From the NCBI GenBank assembly GCA_951406725.2, contig OX597828.1:22320001-22384000 (forward strand): 64,000 bases of DNA. Reading direction: 5' to 3'. The notes under the pieces were generated by a model, which did no database searches, was not told the origin of the DNA, and saw nothing but the letters and a program-made list of their open reading frames with translations. A program made the position numbers and the translations under genes. This DNA is from Octopus vulgaris (lineage: Eukaryota). Positions 53,922-64,000 of this stretch are shown here, in pieces (position 1 is the stretch's first letter; every line of letters begins with the position of its first letter).

Positions 53922-53930
<9 letters not shown>
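53636..53930 (+). mobile_element. SINE family C head with an alternative tail
   Basis: A box tggcccggtgg, B box ggttcgattcc; diverges from 38126-38515 after ctctttcaccac. Confidence 0.88.
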
Positions 53931-53952
<22 letters not shown>

Positions 53953-54264
53953 CACATACATGTATATACACATTCACACATATCTCTATATACCTATATA
54001 TATATATTATATATATATACATTTATATACATATATATATTATATATATATATATTATATATATATATATTATATGTATATATATATATATATGTGGGGA
54101 GGTGTCTACTTAAACATTCATTTAAATATAACCATATAGACATATGCCTTCTATATATGCACTTACGCACACACACACATATATATGTGTATGTGTCCGT
54201 GTGTGCGTGTGTACGTGTGTATAAGCGCTTACGTCTAAACCTGTATACATATATACCAAGAGAC

Positions 54265-54301
<37 letters not shown>

Positions 54302-54887
54302 ATTATATACATACTTCAGTAAGAACCAATGCCCACGTGCAATATATTGCAATATTTCATTAGATGAATAAGGGAAATCTGAAATAATAGCTGTATGTAA
54401 CAAACACCATATAATCACTCGCCAATTGTGCTTGCAATCATTATTATTATAACACATATATTTATTACATAGCACGCCAGCAAACTTTCCGCATTTTCTG
54501 TCGTTGTGCAATGATTTTTATGTAGGTTTTATTCATATCGTTACACATTAATATTTTTTGTTTTTAAATTTTTGATAGTTTTTTTGTTACTTCATTTTGC
54601 TGTGGTTGTTGTTGTTGTTCTTCTTCTTGCTGTCCCTGTTGTCTTAGTATCTGTTATTTTTGCTAAAGTTGTATTTCTTTTGTGGTTGTTGTGTTTTTTT
54701 TTTATATCTTCTTTATCAATGGTTGGCATTTCAAACACACACAGAGTTACACACGGAACCGCACACACACAACACACAAACGCACGCACCCACACACACA
54801 CACACACATCATACACTCAACTATACCTACATATTTGTGAGTACATACGCAGGAATCAGGGACATTTATGTATATATACATAAATAC

Positions 54888-56270
<1,383 letters not shown>

Positions 56271-56334
56271 TGCAAACAAAGTAAGACATTTATTCAGTTA
56301 GCTTAAGCGTGTAGAAATGGGAAGTCGATCTTTT

Positions 56335-56620
56335 CTCAGGCGATACAATCTTCGGAAAGTGAATACGAATGAAGGAATTCGACAAGGAGACTCGTTATCC
56401 CCTTCAATATCTGTGTTATGCTTCATCCACCTCAGTTTAGAACTGAGAAAGGAAAAGGCAGGTTATCAGTTTACAGATATTAAAAATAATATTACCCATT
56501 TTCTCTACATAGATGATTTGAAGCTTTTAACTAAGGAAAACAGAGACAGCTTCTATAATACTGCCTGTGAAACTCTTCAGTAAAGACATAGGCATAGAAT
56601 TTGGCATAGATTTGTGCGAT
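56335..56620 (+). mobile_element. R4/Dong-like RT fragment
   Basis: GIRQGDSLSP, ITHFLYIDDLKL, FSKDIGIEFGID. Confidence 0.88.
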
Positions 56621-57054
56621 CTAAAGTGTTCCAGCTTTGACCATTTCTATTCTTTATTTTCTGTATCTTGGGTACGCCTCAGTATAATGTACAACGTGTG
56701 CTACTTTATTTTAAAGAATATTCCATAATCGATTTTAGGTTTGTCTCGTATTTCCAGCGATAGCTACAACAAGCTTCCAACTGTTTACCAAATCCACTAA
56801 CCAGCCTGGGGCTGTAATAGAACGCACTTGACCAACTTCTCTCGTAGTGTCGTAGTAGGACTGAAATCGGAAGCCTGTGGTTTTGAAGCGAACTTCGGTT
56901 TCATTTCATGCCTGTCCTTCATTATTGGGATCTGAAGGAAATTTAATTCTTACTTCTACCATTTGAACCATCATGTGAACTTACCCTCTTCAGTATCCTG
57001 ACGGAGGTCTTCACTCTCGTAAGGCTAGGATAATGCTTGCTTAGAGCGGAATTA

Positions 57055-57503
57055 GGATCTTTTCAGTTTGGACGGCAGTTTTTAACATAATTTCTAGGTA
57101 ACTAAAACATTTAAAACTTCGTATACTGGTAGAATGTGTTCATAAAACATCTTTTTCTCTTGGCTTTATTGAGAAAATTCTATAGTTTGTAAGATATTTG
57201 TTGTTGTTTTTCTTCAATTTCTGCAATTTCAATCAATCAATGACGTCTATTGAGGTAAAAAACATTCTGTGCCGCATGAATATGTCCCTCGTTTAAGAAA
57301 CAGATTGGGTTTATTTACATTTGTGAAGAAAAACAGATACCCTTCCCCCCACTTAATTAACTTAAAACCCTAAACCCTAAACTTAATTAACCCTAACCCT
57401 AAAACAGATTGAAATGCAATAGATCGATACTAGGGTCATAATTATAGGTGACAAACTCATATGACACCGCTAGAAAAAACTGCCGTTCAAACCGAAAAGA
57501 TCC
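57055..57503. mobile_element. MITE copy 2 with an exact 8-bp TSD
   Basis: Same TIRs as 46587-46970; TSD cggaatta at 57047-57054 and 57504-57511. Confidence 0.93.
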
Positions 57504-57644
57504 CGGAATTATTATGTCAAGTAATGCAGTCGTGACATCCATTTTTCCGTTGTTTTCTATCACAATGTAAGCACGAACAACATTCTACGACCTATGAGTC
57601 TTTCTACAAAGACTCCAATGTACTATTTTAAGGAGATTTTGCAT

Positions 57645-57860
57645 GGCGGCGAGCTGGCAGAATCGTTAGCACTCTGAATGAAATGCTTTGTAGCATTTCG
57701 CATACCGCTACGTTCTGAGCTCAAATTCCGCCGAGGTCGACTTTATCTTTCGTTATTTCGGGGTCTGTAAAACAAGTACCAGTGAAACACTGGGGTCGAC
57801 ACAATCGACTAGTCCCCTCCCCAAAAATTTCAGGCCTTGTGCCTATAGTAGACAGGATTT
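57645..57860 (+). mobile_element. SINE family A
   Basis: Complete head and body. Further degenerate copies at ~16980-17180, ~35805-35985, ~58665-58840 and ~60830-61050. Confidence 0.88.
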
Positions 57861-58628
57861 TAAGGAGATTTTGGTGTAACTTTTAAAAGGTTCAACGGCG
57901 CTCTAGGGACTACACTACATGAGCGGGTCACTTCACGAATTAGTCTTAATGTAAATGCCCTTTGTATTTTGGTCAATTAAGACAATAAAGGATAGGCACC
58001 AAAACAGGACATGTTGATCTGATTCAGAACTCATCACGATGGGATTTAAAAAAAAAAAAAAAAACAACAGCAAAAAAAAAAAAAATTGGTGTGAACGTAT
58101 AAGATAATATACAAACCAGGAACTGACACGCCATTTATTCGACCTGAGTTTATTTCACGTCACGCCAGCGCATTTTATTATATTTTTTGGAATATTTTAT
58201 TATTACTGTTCTTTTAAAATTTACTCTATTTTATTTTGTTATTTGTAGTTATGAAGAGTCTCTCTCGCTGATTTGAGTGCTTCCTGTTTGACAAAAATAA
58301 TTCTAAAACATGAAGTTGTTTATTCGGGGTGAATCAATTAGATGCAGCACTGAAAGAGTTTTAAGTGATATTGGAGAAGCTGGGTTTGTGCTGAATCATG
58401 GTGCGGAAGTGTGTGGTAGAGGTTATATCTTTTGTGGGATGCTTTTTTATTGTTTCTTAGTCGGTTTGTTTCCATCCACAACAAATGTTTACAACGGCTG
58501 TATTTCGTATTTCCTCCTTCATGTTTTCATATTACTGTTAATGATATGCTCGTTTTTGTCGCTATCCTTGTGTTCAGTATATTTCATTATGCTCTACTAC
58601 TACTAATACTACTACTATTGCTGCTGTC

Positions 58629-58666
<38 letters not shown>

Positions 58667-59207
58667 GACAGTGAGTGGGCGGAGGAGAAAGTACGTCAGC
58701 CAAAATGCTTCGCGGAATTTCGTCCACCTCTAGGTTCTGAGTTCAAATGCCGCCGAGGTAGACTTTTGCACTCATCCTTTCGGGGTAGATAAAATAAGTA
58801 CCAGTTGTGTATTCGGGTCGATGAAAGCGATTAACCCTCTCCATTAACAGTCCATTATAATTTCCTTTTTTTTTTAATGGCCTGTTCTGAATATGAGTTC
58901 AGAGCATGTCATTTCACAACAATTACATTAAAATTGAAGTACCACACAGACATATGTACCAATATAGAAGACTCCCAGCCCCGAGGTACTGAATGATAGG
59001 CTACACAGTCAGTTAAGTAATTAGAAATAGCAGTTAACACATCTTTCGGATCGCACACTGCCGCTTAAGAAATTGGAAAACTGAGCGAATAACGTGGTAT
59101 TATTTGAAACACAAAAGAAACTCGGAAAAATACGAACAAAGTATGTGTTCAATCCATAATGATCCTGCGCGTGGGGACAGGGTAAACATTATCATCAACA
59201 ACAACAA

Positions 59208-59580
59208 GGAGACGCAATGGCCCAGTGGTTAGGGCAGCGAACTCGCGGTCGGAGGATCGCGGCTTCGATTCCCAGACCGGGCGTTGTGTGTGTTTATCGA
59301 GTGAAAACACCTAAAGCTTCACGAGGCTCCGGCAGGGGATGGTGGAAACCCCTGTTGTACACTTTCGCTCCAACTTTCTCTCACTCTTTCTTCCTGTTTC
59401 TTATCCCCGACTTCCAACGCAATCACTGAGCCTGGATGCACATTCATTCATCCGTCGATGCTCTCGGTGTCCGGGTGGGGGGTTGACCTGTTTTCTCTTC
59501 TGCGGGTCTTACGAATAGCAAAGGACCACGTTTCGGACTTCTCCCACTCTGGGACGAAGACCGCTTCGCTCAACAAACAA
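59208..59580 (+). mobile_element. SINE family C head with another alternative tail ending in (CAAA)n
   Basis: Head matches 38126-38515; unrelated after cttcctgtttct. Confidence 0.85.
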
Positions 59581-59854
59581 ACAAGCAAACAAATAAACAA
59601 CAACAATAATATTACTAACGGCAACGATAAGAGCAACTACATTAGCAACAGCGAAAGTAACAACAAATTGAGCAACCACAGCAACAGCATCAACAACAGT
59701 AATTGCGGCAAAAATATTAGCAACAGCAACGATACGAACAACATCAACAATACAGATAATAATAGCGACAACAACAACAGCAACAAGAACTACTATACGA
59801 CATCAACAACAACATTCAAAATAAGCCATAACATTAAATGTTTCAAATTTTGCC

Positions 59855-60013
59855 TCAGTGGCTGTGTGGTAAGTAGCTTGCTAACCAACCACATGGTTCC
59901 GGGTTCAATCCCACTGCGTGGCATCTTGGACACGTGTCTTCTGCTATAGCCCCGGGCCGACCAATGCCTTGTGAGTGGATTTGGTAGACGGAACCTGAAA
60001 GAAGCCTGTCGTA

Positions 60014-60058
<45 letters not shown>

Positions 60059-60272
60059 TTGTGTGTCTGTGTTTGTTCCCCTAGCATTGCTTGACAACCG
60101 ATGCTGGTGTGTTTACGTCCCCGTCACTTAGAGGTTCGGCAAAAAGAGACCGATAGAATAAGTACTGGGCTTACAAAAAGAATAAGTCCCGGGGTCGAGT
60201 TGCTCGACTAAAGGCGGTGCTCCAGCATGGCCGCAGTCAAATGACTGAAACAAGTAAAAGAGTAAAAGAGTA
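59855..60272 (+). mobile_element. SINE family B, young copy
   Basis: B box ggttcaatcc; tail ends in (agtaaaag)n. Confidence 0.92.
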
Positions 60273-60319
60273 AGGGAAATGGGTTAGACGATTACACGCA
60301 CACTAGTGCTGAGATAATG

Positions 60320-60630
60320 TGAAGGTACGTGCCTTCGTTGTTAGAGTATTCCGTTCGCGTTAGAGTATTCCGTTCGGAGCGTTTTGCCTTTGAGCAAGCC
60401 ACTTTATTTTACATTGCTCCAGTCAACTCAACTGGCAAAAATGAGTTGTACTTGTATTTCAAAGGGCCAGTCTTGTCACGCTCTGTGCCACGTTAAATCT
60501 CCCTGAGAAGTGTGTGAAGGAGTACACGTGTCTGTGAAGTGCTCAACCACTTGCACGTTAATCTCACGAGTAAATTATCCCGTTCATCGGACCAACTGAA
60601 TCATCGTCGTAGTAAGCGACGGAGTACCAG
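60320..60630 (+). mobile_element. SINE family D
   Basis: ctttgagcaagccactttatttt..ttgctccagtc head region plus the 3' module shared with family C (gtacacgtgtctgtg..gacggagt). Confidence 0.75.
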
Positions 60631-62595
60631 TGTTGAGATAGCAATTTATTCTATGTGTCCCGAAAGTATGAGAGGCAAAGTTAACCCGCAAGGCATTTGA
60701 ACTCCATAACAAGAATAATAATAATAGCAACACGGTGACGAGTATGAACTTCAGAGTAGCACTTCGCTGATTGTTTTTTACCGTGTTTGCTGGCATGAGC
60801 TGCCACTTTTGGGCCGAAAGCTACTATTCTTTCAGATTTAGGCACAAAACCAATAGTATTGAGAAAAAAAGGGATTAGGTGGTATCGACGACAAATGTAC
60901 CTGATTTGTATTTTCTGTGGAAGACCGCGGAATGAAAAGAAAATTGAAAAATGATTTCGGCAGGATTTGAACACTGAACGTAAAGAGAGGGATCGCATAT
61001 TGTAATGCATTACTTCGACGCTCTATCAGTTGTGCGAATCCAGCGCCCTGACTAAGGGCGAAAATCATTGGTATGCTCCCTTGATCGTGTGTGTGTGCAT
61101 CTAGAAGAAAGCAACACCAAAACTAAATATATTGACTGAATCGATATAATTCAATGATTGGTAAATTAAATGTTTGAACGAAAATTAATAGACGTAAAAT
61201 CGATCGAGATAAGATATGAACCCAGAACGTGGAAGGTTGAGTCGGGAAGACAGAATTAGTTTGAAATATTTAATACGGTGTTCTACAGCTCTTTCAAATT
61301 AAACATGATTTTTAATGTAAATAATGTGTAAAAGATATTATAATTTAGTATGTTGTGTGTAGCAGCGAATCATAGAGAGACAAATAGTGAGAGTGATAGA
61401 AAGAGAGACAATAGAGAAAGATTTAGAATAGAGAAAGAGAGATAAATGATGATTGATGAAGGGGGAGAGTAAGTGAGATTAGTGAAAGATAAAAAGCAAG
61501 AAAGAATCACTCTTCTCTATGTGCGATTCTGTCGGTGAGAGATTTGAATAAGAGGAATCTCAGAGACGAAAAAGAAAACGAAAATTAAATACATAAATGA
61601 ATAAAGAAAATCAACAGAAAATGGCGTCCAAAAACGAATCACAAAAAGAAGCAAAGAATTCCCTCCCTTTCCATCTCAAGGAAAGTAACATTAAAAATGA
61701 TTAAAAAAAAAGAAACGAGAAGCAACAATAAAAAAAGAAGCCTGTAGCCGTAAAGGGGTGTAAAGCAGTAGTTTTCTGACACTAATTTTAAAAGTCATAG
61801 ATATTCTTTCAATTTTTTAATTATTTTTCTAAAATTTTTACTCAGCTTTCCAATTCTAGGTCGACCAACCATGACGGCAGGCCTAAATGGCACCAACCGA
61901 CTGTAATTTATTTCTATTCAATTAAAACCAATATTTGAAAGAAATTATTCATAACAGTTTTTTTCTTTTACTAAATGTATGAAAGCGAACTATGCTTGTG
62001 TGTTAGTGTGTGAATGACCCTGTGTGCTTACGTGTGCGTTATTGACTAACACAATCTTTATTCGAATACAAACATACACATGTGTATGTGTGTAATATTA
62101 GTGTGTGTATATGTGTGTGTATGTATGTATGTGTGAGTGTTAATCTTTTGCTCTCTTTAAAGTACCTCTGAAATATTTCGAAAATCTAACATGCCGCAGT
62201 GAAAAATGTTAACAAATATTACGATATCAGCGAATGCAAATACTGCAAATATGGACATCTCACGGATACTTACACACCTACATAGAGATTATATACATCA
62301 ACACAGAATCACACACACACGCACGCACACACGCACACACACACATATGTATGAACATGTGTGTGTGTATATATTTATATGTATGCATATATGTGAATTA
62401 TAATTTGTATGTTTGTGTGTGTATATATATATATATATATAAATATGTATATGAATATATATACGTATATATACATATGTATGAATATATACATATGTAT
62501 GTATGTATATATATATATGTATATAAATATGTATATGAATATATATGTATATATATATGTGTGTGTGTATATACATATGTATGTATGTATGTATG

Positions 62596-62683
<88 letters not shown>

Positions 62684-63252
62684 TTAATTACAGTAATGAA
62701 GATGATTTTGCAAATATCATGTCTTTCATATTCTTAATACATCAAAGTTGATTATACATGTTAAATTAATATAACGATGGTGAGGTAGAAGAATAGGACG
62801 ACGATGACAAAACAGAGTGATGATGATGATGGTGATGATGATCATTATAACGATGATAACTACGACAACGAACAAGATGATAAAGATGATGGTATTGATG
62901 CATGGCGTTACAGCTGTTGATAATTTTTTGCTCTGCCAATGGCCGAAGGTTGTGCTGTCATCGTTGATGGAGAGAAGAACGGCAGAGAAACCCCAGATGA
63001 AATGAGTTGCGGGAGGAGGAGAGTCAAGTTGAGGAGGAGAGGAAAGGAAAAAAGAGGAGGTGAAGGGAAGCAATGAAAGAAGGCAAAAAGGAAAGGAAAG
63101 GGAATAAGATTGACAACATTGTAAATTCTAATGATATGATTGATTACGAAGATGATGATGATGATGAAGATGCTGCTGCAGATGTTAGTGGCGGTATTGA
63201 CGGCGGTGACGTTGTTGACAAATATATTAACTCCAATTTCTGCTCACACATA

Positions 63253-63311
<59 letters not shown>

Positions 63312-63510
63312 ACAAACACACACATATGTATATGTATAATTATACATACTTATATATATATATAAAATTATACATACTTATATAGATTTATATATATATA
63401 TATATGTATATTTATACATACTTATATAGATTTATATATATATGTAATTATACATACTTATATAGATATATATATATATGTATGTATAATTATACATACT
63501 GATATATGCT

Positions 63511-63586
<76 letters not shown>

Positions 63587-64000
63587 TGTGTGTGTGTATG
63601 CGTATGTCTTTATATTATTTGTGGTGTAGTATTAGTATCTGCATTCAAATGATAGTTTTAATAAAAAATACAACAACACTCCCTGACCACATTAAAACAC
63701 TGGAGATGCAACCTAAAACAACACACCTAATACCATTCAATAAGTGGTTTTCCTTTCGTTTTTGTATTCTTTTAAATTTAAAAGCTATCAGTGGTTCTGG
63801 AAAAATTAAAACGTGTTTCTGAATATTAGAGAATATTACAACAGATATTAAACACGATGAGAGGCTGAAAAATAAAACACACACACACACATACACGAAA
63901 AAAAAAAAAATTCAAAAGAAACAACTCCATGGTGGGCGATTTCAAAAATGGAATTTTCAAAGTATAATTTATTCGGCGATAATGCAATGTTATGTTATGG

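Noticed and set aside
56995-57031. Very degenerate hammerhead (ctgacgg...gtaa...ta)
   Set aside because: Two core mismatches and poor stems; could arise by chance.

Overview
AT-rich, gene-poor animal genomic DNA, not prokaryotic. The SINE families and extreme microsatellite load suggest an octopus or other coleoid cephalopod; this is from recall, not a database search. I found no confident intact cellular gene, and almost all ORFs in the supplied track are translations of microsatellites. The window is a mosaic of four tRNA-derived SINE types, decayed LINEs (R4/Dong-like, RTE, Tx1/L1-like, CR1-group, Penelope-like), Tc1 and mariner remnants, MITEs and possible Academ remnants. The most notable unexplained structure is a set of short cassettes in or beside (TA)n tracts that carry type I hammerhead-ribozyme motifs, most with palindromic stem III. 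They lie at 897-941 (-), 5761-5805 (-), 8599-8720, 14216-14295, 27921-27970 and 33842-33880, with half-motifs near 34170 and 36575. Two sit in long fold-back inverted repeats, and one follows a Penelope GIY-YIG coding remnant. Separately, a ~175-bp element present twice (35629-35803 +, 36628-36807 -) begins with a fold resembling a twister ribozyme, starting at about the expected cleavage site. All alignments and folds were done by eye.
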